In this document: piece by piece, positions 1-9,820 of the stretch
Layout of the letters: each line of letters starts with the position of its first letter
Position numbering within the stretch: position 1 is the stretch's first letter
From: Phormidium sp.
GTDB taxonomy: Bacteria; Cyanobacteriota; Cyanobacteriia; Cyanobacteriales; Aerosakkonemataceae
Length of the DNA: 64,000 nucleotides
Reading direction: 5' to 3'
Assembly (NCBI GenBank): GCA_051013385.1
Contig: CP143273.1
Span: 992,001 to 1,056,000 of the forward strand
Translations under genes and position numbers: made by a program
The notes under the pieces: model-generated
Told to the model about the DNA's origin: nothing
Databases searched by the model: none
Seen by the model: the letters and a program-made list of their open reading frames with translations, nothing else

Positions 1-8
1 AAGATGCC

Positions 9-887
9 GTGATGCTGCTGACGGCTCCAATTGCAGGGCCACTTGTGGAGGAAACAGCCAAAGGGCTGGGAGTTTTGCTTTTGTTCTGGCTATTCCGAAG
101 TGAGTTTGATAATGTGCGCGACGGTTTCATTTATGGAGCATTGGTCGGCATTGGCTTTAATTTGCAGGAAACTCCGCTTTACATCACCAAAGGATTTATC
201 AGCACAGGAGATATCCCGCTATATTATGAAATCGCCGCACGCCTTGCGATATTTGGGTTTGCGGGTCATCCCCTGTTTACAGGATTGTTTGGCGCATGGC
301 TGGGGTTAGCCCGTCAAACCACCCGTCGGTGGTTGCGCTATGCGGCTCCGGTGGGAGGTTGGCTGCTGGGGTTTTCGGCTCATTTCTTCAACAATATGAT
401 CGGGTTGACGATCGCACTGGTTATCTATTTTCAGACGGGCAAATCCGTGTCTGATGCACCCGCGACCGTCACCCCGGCTGTGGTGGCACCTTTCCTCAAT
501 CAGTGGGTGCAGCAAAGCGCCATAAAACTGGTAATGTTTTTCCCGTTTTTCCTGATTGTGGGCGTGATGCTCTGGCAGAGTGGCATCTGGGAGCGGAATG
601 TGATTCGAGAACAGCTTGCCGATGAACAGAAACCTGTGATTACGCCGGAAGAGTATGAAGCCGTGAAGGGCGATCGCATCTTCAAAACCCGCCGCATTCC
701 AAGATACAATCGCCGCACTTCTGCCGCCATTGTCAGAGCGCAGAATGAACTGGCATTTCGCAAATGGCGGGTGCAGCATCAGGGTCAGGATGTAGAAACC
801 GATACCTTGGTAAAATCGTGGCGCGAGGAATTGCTGCGCCTGCGTGATGCGAAAATGCTGAACCAGCCCAGTAGTCAAACAGTTTAG
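9..887 (+). CDS. PrsW-family intramembrane glutamic metalloprotease (N-terminus probably upstream of the window)
   Basis: GPLVEETAK (EExxK), GALVGIGFNLQE, GHPLFT and HFFNN motifs; multiple hydrophobic helices. Confidence 0.85.
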   Translation: MMLLTAPIAGPLVEETAKGLGVLLLFWLFRSEFDNVRDGFIYGALVGIGFNLQETPLYITKGFISTGDIPLYYEIAARLAIFGFAGHPLFTGLFGAWLGLARQTTRRWLRYAAPVGGWLLGFSAHFFNNMIGLTIALVIYFQTGKSVSDAPATVTPAVVAPFLNQWVQQSAIKLVMFFPFFLIVGVMLWQSGIWERNVIREQLADEQKPVITPEEYEAVKGDRIFKTRRIPRYNRRTSAAIVRAQNELAFRKWRVQHQGQDVETDTLVKSWREELLRLRDAKMLNQPSSQTV

Positions 888-918
888 TGGCGGGGGTGTA
901 TGCTTCACCGCAGTTCTA

Positions 919-1386
919 ATGCCTGATTTCAATCTCAATAGCCCATCAATCGCGATCGCTATGGATCATCCCGCTAAAGTTAACTTAAAAGTCCGCAACT
1001 TGATTCTGGATTATGCGCTGGGTGCGGCAATCGTTGCCCTGCTGCCAATTCCGAACATTGGCGTATTGCAAGCGATCGTCCTGGTGCTGCTCAACGTTTT
1101 GCTGGTGATTGGGATTGCCCGCCTCTGGCAGTTCCAGAAGGGAGGCGATCTCTTAGCCAGGGTTGGCATTCTGTTTGGTATCGCTGGCGCAGTTTTGATG
1201 GGGTTCCTAGCCTGGTTATTGACAGTGGCAGTGGGAGTCGTTGTGCCGCTGATTGGGGCGTTAGCACCTGGAATGGTTGCCTTCTCTTATTTCTGGGGTA
1301 TGGGGCAAGCTGTCAATCATTTCTATGTCAGCAAATTGTCTTTAACCTCAGATCGTCCTCCATCTGGTGAGCAAGATGAGATTTAA
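919..1386 (+). CDS. Small membrane protein, DUF697-like
   Basis: 155 aa with several hydrophobic helices; AAIVALLPIP and YFWGMGQA resemble DUF697. Confidence 0.55.
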   Translation: MPDFNLNSPSIAIAMDHPAKVNLKVRNLILDYALGAAIVALLPIPNIGVLQAIVLVLLNVLLVIGIARLWQFQKGGDLLARVGILFGIAGAVLMGFLAWLLTVAVGVVVPLIGALAPGMVAFSYFWGMGQAVNHFYVSKLSLTSDRPPSGEQDEI

Positions 1387-2548
1387 CCGCCGATTTTTAC
1401 TCTGGTCTGGATTAGGCACCACGATCGCAGCAGTATTTGGGCGCGAACAGTTGCAGCAGCAAGCGTTGCAAGCCGAACAAGCTAAACTGCGGCAATTGTA
1501 CGATCCAACTCAACTGGTTCAATCTGCCTTTGGCGCTGACCTGACTTCAATTAAAGATTTGGTCGCTGTGCAACAGAGTGCTAAATTGCGATCGCCGACC
1601 ATTCCCTACAACCGCGAGTGGTCTAAGCTGTTGATTACTGGCAGCAAGCTCTGTACCCAGCAATATCTCAAGGGTAAATATGACGCGAATTATGACGGTA
1701 GGATTTCTGCCTTACCACTCTATACAACAGGCTTTAAACCCTTTCGCCAACTTACATCCTTTAAAGCAGCCGAACGAGTGGAAGAGGCAATTCCCTTTGA
1801 AGTACCGCTCGCAGCGTTAGCAAACACTCCTGACACCGTGAATGAACTGGGCGATCGCGTCAACCAAACAAAAGATATCATTCAGAATCAAGTCAAGCAG
1901 GTGGTGAATTTGAAACAACAAATCCCGGTTTACTACGGGTTTTTGTTGTCTTCTCCCAAGATGAATATCCTAATGTTTCGAGGGACTCAGCGCCAACTGG
2001 AATGGTTAGAAAATATCCTGGCGATTCAACAGAACTATGTTCATCCAGTAAATGGGACTGCGATCGGTAAAGTTCACTCCGGCATTTATAACTTTTACCA
2101 CACCCAATTAGCCGCAGCCGTCAAGGAAGCAGTTCAATCCTTAGATCCTAAGAAACCGCTGATCATTTCTGGACACAGTTTGGGGGCGGCTCTGACGACC
2201 TTTGCCGCGATCGATCTAGCCCTGATTTTGCCAGAGTTGCGACCCAGTATTCAGGTTTATACCTACGCGGGTCCCCGGTTAGGCAACAAGGCTTTTGTGG
2301 AAGCCCACAGCCAGTTGCTTCCCAATCACTATCGCATCACCAATCTAGCAGACATGATTCCCATGCTGCCCCTGAGCAAACTACTCAAGGATGACTTTGT
2401 GCACGTGGGAGAGTCATGGTCGTTTCTTTCCCAACAGGGTGACATTATGCCCAATCATTTTGTGGAAACTTATCGCCAAGCCATTGAGCAAGGAGCAGAA
2501 ACCCGGTCAGATAAGGGCTTTGATAATTTACGAGTGCGTTTGTCGTAG
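1376..2548 (+). CDS. Class 3 lipase with a twin-arginine-like N-terminus
   Basis: FRGT, VHSG, GHSLG nucleophile elbow, YTYAGPRLGN, DMIP; NRRFLLW followed by a hydrophobic stretch; ATG at 1376 preferred over GTG at 1367. Confidence 0.85.
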   Translation: MRFNRRFLLWSGLGTTIAAVFGREQLQQQALQAEQAKLRQLYDPTQLVQSAFGADLTSIKDLVAVQQSAKLRSPTIPYNREWSKLLITGSKLCTQQYLKGKYDANYDGRISALPLYTTGFKPFRQLTSFKAAERVEEAIPFEVPLAALANTPDTVNELGDRVNQTKDIIQNQVKQVVNLKQQIPVYYGFLLSSPKMNILMFRGTQRQLEWLENILAIQQNYVHPVNGTAIGKVHSGIYNFYHTQLAAAVKEAVQSLDPKKPLIISGHSLGAALTTFAAIDLALILPELRPSIQVYTYAGPRLGNKAFVEAHSQLLPNHYRITNLADMIPMLPLSKLLKDDFVHVGESWSFLSQQGDIMPNHFVETYRQAIEQGAETRSDKGFDNLRVRLS

Positions 2549-2846
2549 AAAGCTGGATTTGCGATCGGCATCCCCCAACAAACCTACACCCATCCACATA
2601 TAAAACACTTAATCCCGCCTGCGAAGTAGCCCCGATATTGAGGAGTACCCCCACAATCTCCTGGCTAATCCCCAAGCTGCCCCAGCCCAGCAGCAGTGGC
2701 AGTAGCAGTTGATGTAAAGAGCGATGATTTTTGGCTACCAACCTAAACCGGGACAAATTTGTTCCCTGTTCGGGAGTTCCCTGTTCCCTTCCTTCACCAA
2801 AATGTCCCGCTCGATTACCAATAGCCTGATTTTTTAGGAGTGATCG

Positions 2847-4376
2847 ATGAAGTTTTCTCTAACACGGTTGGGTCAATTTACAGCCCTCGTGGTGACGGCG
2901 ATCGCCACCAGTGTGGCCGCCACCGCTAGCAACCGCAGTCCGTTTGGCCCTACCTGGGAGCCAGCCAACTGCTCGACGTTTGGACTGGTGCCACTGGTCG
3001 CCGCCTTGTCAGACTGTGGCTATGTCACCGTGCCTGAGCGCCACAGCCAGCCCAACGGTCGCACGATTCAACTGGCTGTCGTGCGGACTCGCAGCATTGG
3101 TAACAACCCGGCCCCAGACCCGCTGATGATGGAACAGGGTGGGCCGGGCGGTTCAACGATTGGATTATTTCCAAGCAAAATCGTACCTTTCACCAACGTT
3201 GGGACAGCGATTTTGCAGCAACGGGATATGGTGTTTGTGGAACAGCGCGGCACGCAATTTTCCCGTCCGGCGTTGACCTGTCCAGAGAGGGTCGATCATA
3301 ACGTTGCGGTTGCCAAGGGTGAACTGGAATTTAGTGATCCAGGCTGGATTAGAGCCTGTCGCGATCGCCTCGCCGCTACGGGAGTAAACTTTAGTGCCTT
3401 CAATAGCATCGAAAATGCTGCTGATTTGTACGTTGTTGCCGAGGTTCTGGGTTACGAGCAGTTTAACTTTTATGGCGCTTCCTATGGGACGCTGCTGGGG
3501 CAGTATGTGCTGGCGCAAGCCGACCAGCACAAGGCAAAACTCCGTAGTGTGATTCTGGATGGAGTAGTCAGACCTGATGTTGACTTTAATTTGGGGAGTT
3601 CCTACTCCATCAGTCAGGCGCTCCGCAATGTGTTTGCCGCCTGCGCCCAGGATGCCCAATGCAACCAGACCTACCCCAACCTGGAAAGGGTTTTTTCGTC
3701 ATTGATCGATCGCCTCAACCAGCACCCCATTCCTGCCAAACTCACCATTCCCAATACCCAAGAAACCTTTGACGTTTTATTGGATGGCAAAGACTTTGCC
3801 TATGCCATTGTGCCTTACCTATACAGCACAGAAGACAGCCGGCTCCTGCCCCGCAACCTTTATCGGGCAGCAAACAGCAATGATTTTGCCTGGGCTGAGG
3901 AGAAGCTTTCGGCAGGGTTGGCAATGGATGAGGCCGAAGGTATGTATAGCGCAGTTCTCTGTGTTCGGGCTGCTTCTGTCACAGTCGATCCGGCCACGTT
4001 GTTTCCACCCCCCTATCCCCAACTTGCTTTTTTTGGTTCCCAGGAAAAAGCCCTCGTCGATCGCTCCTGTGAAGTACTCCAGGTCGAATTGGAGCCTCCC
4101 TTTGCCTACAAAAACACCGAGGTTCCAACGCTGGTGTTTAACGGTCAATTTGACCCGGTTACGCCCGAAGTCTATGGCAAAGCCGTCGCCAGCAACCTGA
4201 AAAACTCCTACGTCTATACCTTTTCGGGTGTCGGTCACGTTTCTCTGGTGGCAAAAGCCAACACGACCGGTGCCGCCTGTGCCCAGGCGATCGCCCTGGC
4301 TTTCCTGACCAATCCCAACCGCGCACCCGACTCTCGCTGCCTTGCCCAGGTCAAACCTGTTTTTGAGTATGAATAA
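2847..4376 (+). CDS. Secreted alpha/beta hydrolase (TAP-like peptidase family)
   Basis: Signal peptide; CGYVTVPE, QGGPGGS, EQRG, YGASYG, DPVTP, GH; AGGAG RBS. Confidence 0.9.
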   Translation: MKFSLTRLGQFTALVVTAIATSVAATASNRSPFGPTWEPANCSTFGLVPLVAALSDCGYVTVPERHSQPNGRTIQLAVVRTRSIGNNPAPDPLMMEQGGPGGSTIGLFPSKIVPFTNVGTAILQQRDMVFVEQRGTQFSRPALTCPERVDHNVAVAKGELEFSDPGWIRACRDRLAATGVNFSAFNSIENAADLYVVAEVLGYEQFNFYGASYGTLLGQYVLAQADQHKAKLRSVILDGVVRPDVDFNLGSSYSISQALRNVFAACAQDAQCNQTYPNLERVFSSLIDRLNQHPIPAKLTIPNTQETFDVLLDGKDFAYAIVPYLYSTEDSRLLPRNLYRAANSNDFAWAEEKLSAGLAMDEAEGMYSAVLCVRAASVTVDPATLFPPPYPQLAFFGSQEKALVDRSCEVLQVELEPPFAYKNTEVPTLVFNGQFDPVTPEVYGKAVASNLKNSYVYTFSGVGHVSLVAKANTTGAACAQAIALAFLTNPNRAPDSRCLAQVKPVFEYE

Positions 4377-4388
4377 GGAAAAACGAGC

Positions 4389-4484
4389 ATGACACTACTA
4401 TCGAACCAGAAAATCCGTTTATTTTTGATCGTAACTTTTTCCCTGAGCGCCATCTTTTGGTATTTAATCCTCTCAGATCGGTAA
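4389..4484 (+). pseudogene. Truncated 5' end of a membrane-protein gene (31 codons)
   Basis: TAAGGA RBS overlapping the hydrolase stop; MTLLSNQKIRLFLIVTFSLSAIFWYLILSDR* ends where the GC-rich block ends. Confidence 0.45.
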
Positions 4485-4767
4485 AACTGAGGTTGGCATC
4501 TAAAGCCAGAGGATGTTCGCGCCACTGCCTTAAGCTCGTGTCCCCCTGCTGCATACTTTCCTTGACGAAACTGTATGTTATGTAACAATTTGTTTATTTG
4601 GCAGCAATTATGCAATTAGCTCTGATATTGTATAAATGTGAACAGAAAGCGGGAGGGAGTTGTGAGTCAAAGAGTCACCTGACGCAGTTCCAGAGTCACT
4701 ATTTGCCCGACTTCAACCCGTCAAGCAACGCTTCAATATTTCCGCCCTTTGCCAGGAGGCATTAGAG

Positions 4768-5163
4768 ATGGCTATTACAATCGAAGAACTCAAAGTCCAA
4801 TCCGCCGAAGACGAAAATTTAGTCCAACGCCTTCAGACCGAAAAAAAAGTACTCCTCAACAAAGTTCGTATTGAAGGATTTGAATTAGGGATTCGTTCCA
4901 GTGCCAAGTTATCCTACAAAGATTTTCGCCATTTTGAACGAGTTCAGTCTCTCGCAACTGCCCTCGATGAAGATGTGCTGGACTACCTATTTTCTTACCT
5001 AGATTTGAAAGATTGTCCCGAACCAGCGCGTCAATTGGATGCAGATTTTGTCTACTTGCTGGAAGTAGATCCCGCGAGCCGGATTACCTTTGCACAGGGA
5101 TGGATTGATGGAGTATTATCCGTTTGGCAAACGATTAAAACTCAAGTCGAGAACCCACAATAG
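4768..5163 (+). CDS. Hypothetical protein (131 aa)
   Basis: AGGAGG RBS; plausible helical protein; no family recognised. Confidence 0.75.
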   Translation: MAITIEELKVQSAEDENLVQRLQTEKKVLLNKVRIEGFELGIRSSAKLSYKDFRHFERVQSLATALDEDVLDYLFSYLDLKDCPEPARQLDADFVYLLEVDPASRITFAQGWIDGVLSVWQTIKTQVENPQ

Positions 5164-5287
5164 CCACAATTGCTGAACTTAGGCTTTGTCTATAAGCTTC
5201 GCGCTATGGGTGACTGTTCGCGATCGATCCGAGATGATGGGACAAAGCCAAAAGCTCATCTAAGGTTAGGTTTTGATTAATTTGCAA

Positions 5288-5518
5288 TTATCTAATGGCG
5301 GTAGCCATATAAAAAACGCCATTGACTCGAAAGCACAACTCGATGCTTCCAAGTTGAAGGATGGAGCGGAGTTCCCATAACTTAGTTGCATCTTCAAGAG
5401 TTTGACAACAAACGATTAAACTCCCCAGATGGAAGCGGAGGGACAGCGAGTGAGCAGCCACCCCAGACTGATGAATCCAAGATAAAAGGGAGTAGTCGGC
5501 AGCAGTTAAGTCAAACAT
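5288..5518 (-). CDS. Small hypothetical protein (76 aa)
   Basis: ORF convergent with 4768-5163; shares a 19-bp upstream motif with it. Confidence 0.5.
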   Translation of the reverse strand: MFDLTAADYSLLSWIHQSGVAAHSLSLRFHLGSLIVCCQTLEDATKLWELRSILQLGSIELCFRVNGVFYMATAIR

Positions 5519-5721
5519 GAGTTAGGCAGTGGAAAGGTACTAAGGTTATTAACTCCTAAATCTTTCAACAAAACTGTATGTTTTGTAACTTTATGCAAAT
5601 ATAAGCATAAAAAGATGAAGTTAAACCGGAAACTGGAGGAACAAGGAATCACTTGATAGTTTTGTTCAATTCCGAGAGAGTTTCCCCATCGCACCCTACA
5701 ACTAATAAAACCAAACTACTT

Positions 5722-5755
5722 TTTCACCAAGTTTGTCACTTTTATGCTTTATCTT
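5722..5755 (+). promoter_or_regulatory. L-box-like direct repeat plus -10 box upstream of the MFS gene
   Basis: TTTCACC-AAGTT-TGTCACT, then 9 nt, then TATCTT. Confidence 0.6.
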
Positions 5756-5784
5756 GGAGTAGCTATACTGTTCACGGTCATAGC

Positions 5785-5857
5785 GTAGGGGCGAAGCATT
5801 CCGGCAATAATTTGTTGGTGATCGCCAAATATATGTACCGGAATGCGGAGCCCCTAC
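5785..5857. repeat. REP-like inverted pair (GTAGGGGCGAAGCATTCCGG ... CCGGAATGCGGAGCCCCTAC)
   Basis: GTAG-foot palindrome with the same arms as those inside the CAATAC MITEs. Confidence 0.8.
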
Positions 5858-5918
5858 AAATCAAAAACAACAGTTTGTGACCGCGCCGAGTATAAGAATA
5901 CAGTTTCACTCAATTTTT

Positions 5919-7475
5919 ATGACTTCTGCAATCACGATTCCACAACGCGATCGAGGGCGGTGGATGGTTTTATTTGCCTGTATTGTTGCTGTGCTGATGG
6001 TGGCGATCGATTCTGGCATTCTCACTTTAATTGTGCCAGCGATTCAGAAAGATTTGAATGCGCCCCAAGCAACGATCGGTTTAATGTCGAGCATTTCCAC
6101 TTTAATGCTGGCAGCATTCATTTTAGGTGGTGGTACATTAGGGGATATTTACGGACGACGCAGGTTAATTTTAATTGGCACTGGCGGCATTGTTGCAGCG
6201 GCAATTTTATCAATGTTGGCATCTAGTGCTGGTGCTTTGATTGGGATTCGAGCAATGGATGGTGTTTGTCAAGCATTGGTAAATCCTTTGGCGTTAGCGA
6301 TTATTACTATTACTTTTGATCAAGAAGAACGCCCAAAAGCGATCGGGATTTACGGCGCAACATTAGGAATCATGGGAGGTTTTTCATCCTTAGCAATTCA
6401 ATATTTTAATCAAGCTTTTGGTTGGCGATCGGTCTTTACCCTAGTAATTGGATTAGGACTTCTGACTATTTTCTTAATGTTGCGGTTTGTCTCGGAAAGT
6501 AAAGCCCCAGGAAGTCGCCAACTTGATTGGCAAGGAATTTTACTTTGTGCAGTTGGGTTATTTACTCTCATTTATGGCATTAGTCAAGCAAGTGGGAATG
6601 GTGGTTTTTTCAGTGCGGGAGTGCTGATTCCGGGAATTATCGGACTGATCATTTTAGGAATTTTCATCTGGTGGGAAGCGCGTGTAGAATCGCCAGCATT
6701 GGAACTATCGTTATTTCAAAAACCTGCTTTTTCCCTGGGGAATTTACTAATTTTATTGTTTTCTTTCGCTCAAACCGGAGTCTTTTTTCATCTTTCCAAT
6801 TACTTCCAAGTTTTACTAAAAAAATCTCCCGTTGAATCGGCATTAATGTTGTTGCCTTTAACATTAGCATTATTTGTTTTTAACATCATTTCTGGTACTT
6901 TAGTTAATCGCTTTGGGATGCGCTCTTTAATTGTTACAGGTACAGCAATGTTTGCTTTGGCGATGTTTCTCTTTTCCCGATTGATTAGTCCCGATTTAAC
7001 ACTTTGGACTTTGCTAATACCGATGTTGTTGCTAGGTGCAGGGATGGCGATCGCCAATATTCCGCGAATGAATGCTTTGTTAAGTTCTGCGCCTCCAAAT
7101 TTGGCAGGTGTGGCTTCAGCAACTAATAACGCATTCATGCAATTAGGAAATGCGATGGGAGTGGCAGTAACAGTTGCTTTAGTGACTACCTTTGGGCGGA
7201 ATTACTATTTGGGCGAACTCACCAAAGCGGGATTGAATGAAGAGCGAATTCGGAAAGTAAACGAATTATTGCAGAAGGTTTTAAGTAGCGATTTACCTTC
7301 GATTTCTTCTCAATTTGCGATTCCCGAACAACAGATGAAAGGGTTAGTTGGTAATTATCAAGCTGCATTTACAACCGGGGTAACTCAGATGATGCTAGTC
7401 AGTGCGATCGCTCTCTTCTTAGCAGCAATTCTATCCTGGTTTTGGTTACGTTCCTACCAAAATAGTAAAATATAA
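5919..7475 (+). CDS. MFS transporter, DHA2 (14-TM EmrB/QacA-like)
   Basis: GTLGDIYGRRR motif A, GWRSVF, LDWQG, LELSLF; about 14 TM helices. Confidence 0.9.
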   Translation: MTSAITIPQRDRGRWMVLFACIVAVLMVAIDSGILTLIVPAIQKDLNAPQATIGLMSSISTLMLAAFILGGGTLGDIYGRRRLILIGTGGIVAAAILSMLASSAGALIGIRAMDGVCQALVNPLALAIITITFDQEERPKAIGIYGATLGIMGGFSSLAIQYFNQAFGWRSVFTLVIGLGLLTIFLMLRFVSESKAPGSRQLDWQGILLCAVGLFTLIYGISQASGNGGFFSAGVLIPGIIGLIILGIFIWWEARVESPALELSLFQKPAFSLGNLLILLFSFAQTGVFFHLSNYFQVLLKKSPVESALMLLPLTLALFVFNIISGTLVNRFGMRSLIVTGTAMFALAMFLFSRLISPDLTLWTLLIPMLLLGAGMAIANIPRMNALLSSAPPNLAGVASATNNAFMQLGNAMGVAVTVALVTTFGRNYYLGELTKAGLNEERIRKVNELLQKVLSSDLPSISSQFAIPEQQMKGLVGNYQAAFTTGVTQMMLVSAIALFLAAILSWFWLRSYQNSKI

Positions 7476-7482
7476 CAAGCTT

Positions 7483-7515
7483 TTGCACTAGTTTTACACC
7501 TTTGTTGTTTATGCT
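7483..7515 (+). promoter_or_regulatory. L-box-like direct repeat plus -10 box upstream of the outer-membrane protein gene
   Basis: TTGCACT-AGTT-TTACACC, then 9 nt, then TATGCT. Confidence 0.55.
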
Positions 7516-7754
7516 TTGAGTGTGATTAAAAACAGAGCTATTGTATGGTTCATGATTCGGCTCAAGCAAGGGACATCATCCAAAAAGAGGCGATCGTCAG
7601 TGGCGTTGATTGCAGCGGTATTCCTTGGCTTGATTGCTGGCATGAAAAAGCCTTTTTATAATGAACCGCAGAGAACGCAGAGGACGCAGAGGAAAGAGGG
7701 AGAATAAGAGGAGTAATTAACTCGAATTTAAGATAAAAGTGTGAGGTTTGTTTA

Positions 7755-9692
7755 ATGGTTCGTTGTTTATTCTGGCATCGTTATTTTTTGGGGTTTATTT
7801 CAACTTCAATTTTTTTTAGTTGGGGTTTTGCTTCAGTAGTTTTGGCACAAGTAACACCTACAGTTACCGACAATAATCAGGTGATTTCTACTCGTGCAGC
7901 AGATCTTTTAGAGCAGCAAACTTCGCCAGCAACTAAACAGGAAATTACGCCAGAGAAACTTTCAATATTCGATCGCATCCTATTAACAAATCAAAAAGAA
8001 ACAGAATCTTTACCAACCAACACTTTCGATCCAAATGCAGGGATTAGGATTCCGCCGAGAGTAGGGGAAGGAAATCCGATCGAACGAGTTTATATTCACA
8101 TCAATAATCCCACAGATGAGCCAAGCAAAAATCAGGAATTACTCCAACAAATAGCCGGGAGTTTTGGCATTGGAGCAGGTAGTAGTTTTAGTCCGCTATT
8201 TAGCGATCGAGCTATTAATCAAGTGCGAAGATTACCATTTGTTGAATCTGCCGAATACCGACTTTACCAATCCAATACTCCCGGAACGGTGATTATTGCT
8301 TTGTTAGTTACTATTCAACCAGAAGATACCTCAAAACCACCACAAGCTAAAGAACCAAGAGGTATTTTTGTTACTGGTAGATTCGGAGATTTTCCGACGC
8401 TTTATGAGAGCGATCGCACTTTAGTAAAAGTCATTTTAAATGCTGGATTCGGAGTTTTCAGCGATACAAATCCTTGGTTTGGTAACAGCCAAGATTTTGT
8501 CAGGGGAAACTATCAACCAAAAGGTACAGTTACTTGGCCCGAATTCTATATTGAACCGGGTTTTGCAGGGATTACTCAAATTAGCAATCTTCCCCTTTAT
8601 GTTTACGGAGCATTCAGTTTTACAGAATCAACAACTTTAGCTCCAGATATATTTCGTGATGATACTCGATTTTACGGTGCCGTTGAAAAGCTTTATGGCG
8701 GGTTTCTTTTCGCTCAAAAAGGTTCTCCTGTATCTTTTAACTTGTCAGCAGGGAGACAAAACTTTCAACTAAATCGCAATTTTCTATTTGGACAAGTTCT
8801 TGGTTCTGCTAATGCTTTAGAACGAGGTGCTAGTTCTCTCAATGCTCGAACAGTTTATGATAATGCTGTTTTAGCCGATTTGCGAATTGGTCAATTCTTA
8901 ATTCAAGGGTTTTATTTGAATCCGAATGAGTTACCGATCGCAGATACCGAATCCCGTTTTTTAGGTGTTAATTTCAAGTACAATGATAACCGTAATATTG
9001 AAGCATCACTCGCATATATTACAGTTCCCCAATCAAACACAATTTACGCTTTTCCTGATGGACAACAACAAACTAGAGAAGGGTTACAAGTTATTAATCC
9101 GCGAGTGCGTTGGACATCACCTTTCGGCATTGAAGGATTATGGGTAGAAAGCGAATATGCTCACCAATGGAATAGTAACTTTGCTATGTCTGCTCATGCA
9201 GGTTACATCTGGGGAGGTTATACTTTGAAAAATGCTCCTTGGCGACCTAGTATTAGTTATCGATTTGCTGGTTTCAGCGGCGATAATCCCAAAACTTCCA
9301 CTTATGAAAGATTTGATTCTTTGCGTGGTGGTGGATTAGGTGATTGGCTGCAAGGAATTAACTTGGCTAAAGTCTATTCTAATGGCAATTTACTTTCTCA
9401 TCGAGTGGAATTTAAAGTGCAGCCCACTGATAGGCTACAATTTTCTATAGATTACTTTTACCTGTTTGCCAATCAGTTGAACAATCTGGGGGGAAATCCG
9501 GCTTTATCAACCCTGGATTCTCGCAGTATTGGACATGAAGTAATGTTAACAACTCGTTGGTCAATTTCGCAAAATTTGTTCTTTCTTTCTGTTGGTTCGA
9601 TCGCGTTTCCCTCAGATGGAATCCGCCGAGCGGTAACTGAGGATACAAATCCTTGGTTTACTTTTCAAATTTCTTTGTTTTTAGGTTTCTAA
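7755..9692 (+). CDS. Outer-membrane beta-barrel protein, alginate-export family-like
   Basis: Signal peptide; SAGRQ, E-YAHQ, FSGDNP...FDSL; amphipathic strands; C-terminal Phe. Confidence 0.75.
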   Translation: MVRCLFWHRYFLGFISTSIFFSWGFASVVLAQVTPTVTDNNQVISTRAADLLEQQTSPATKQEITPEKLSIFDRILLTNQKETESLPTNTFDPNAGIRIPPRVGEGNPIERVYIHINNPTDEPSKNQELLQQIAGSFGIGAGSSFSPLFSDRAINQVRRLPFVESAEYRLYQSNTPGTVIIALLVTIQPEDTSKPPQAKEPRGIFVTGRFGDFPTLYESDRTLVKVILNAGFGVFSDTNPWFGNSQDFVRGNYQPKGTVTWPEFYIEPGFAGITQISNLPLYVYGAFSFTESTTLAPDIFRDDTRFYGAVEKLYGGFLFAQKGSPVSFNLSAGRQNFQLNRNFLFGQVLGSANALERGASSLNARTVYDNAVLADLRIGQFLIQGFYLNPNELPIADTESRFLGVNFKYNDNRNIEASLAYITVPQSNTIYAFPDGQQQTREGLQVINPRVRWTSPFGIEGLWVESEYAHQWNSNFAMSAHAGYIWGGYTLKNAPWRPSISYRFAGFSGDNPKTSTYERFDSLRGGGLGDWLQGINLAKVYSNGNLLSHRVEFKVQPTDRLQFSIDYFYLFANQLNNLGGNPALSTLDSRSIGHEVMLTTRWSISQNLFFLSVGSIAFPSDGIRRAVTEDTNPWFTFQISLFLGF

Positions 9693-9724
9693 TACCAATT
9701 CACGAAATGAATGATACATATATG

Positions 9725-9791
9725 GTAAGGGCGGGTTTTGTTGAAAATTTGATGGTGGGTAATCCAAGATATTGGCTAAACCCGCCCCTAC
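9725..9791. repeat. REP-like inverted pair (GTAAGGGCGGGTTT ... AAACCCGCCCCTAC)
   Basis: Imperfect palindrome with a GTAG-type foot. Confidence 0.65.
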
Positions 9792-9820
9792 TAATCTTTT
9801 TTTAATCTTAGGAGATTACC

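Noticed and set aside
2445..2756. 103-aa minus-strand ORF between the lipase and hydrolase genes
   Set aside because: Overlaps the lipase end and has no recognisable motif; could be a gene relic but I cannot support it
4620..4760. Possible structured leader or riboswitch upstream of 4768
   Set aside because: Only short complementary stretches; no riboswitch consensus recognised (an Rfam/Infernal scan would settle it)
7516..7707. 63-aa ORF before the outer-membrane protein gene
   Set aside because: TTG start abuts the predicted -10 box and the 3' end is a CGCAGAG short repeat; no support for coding
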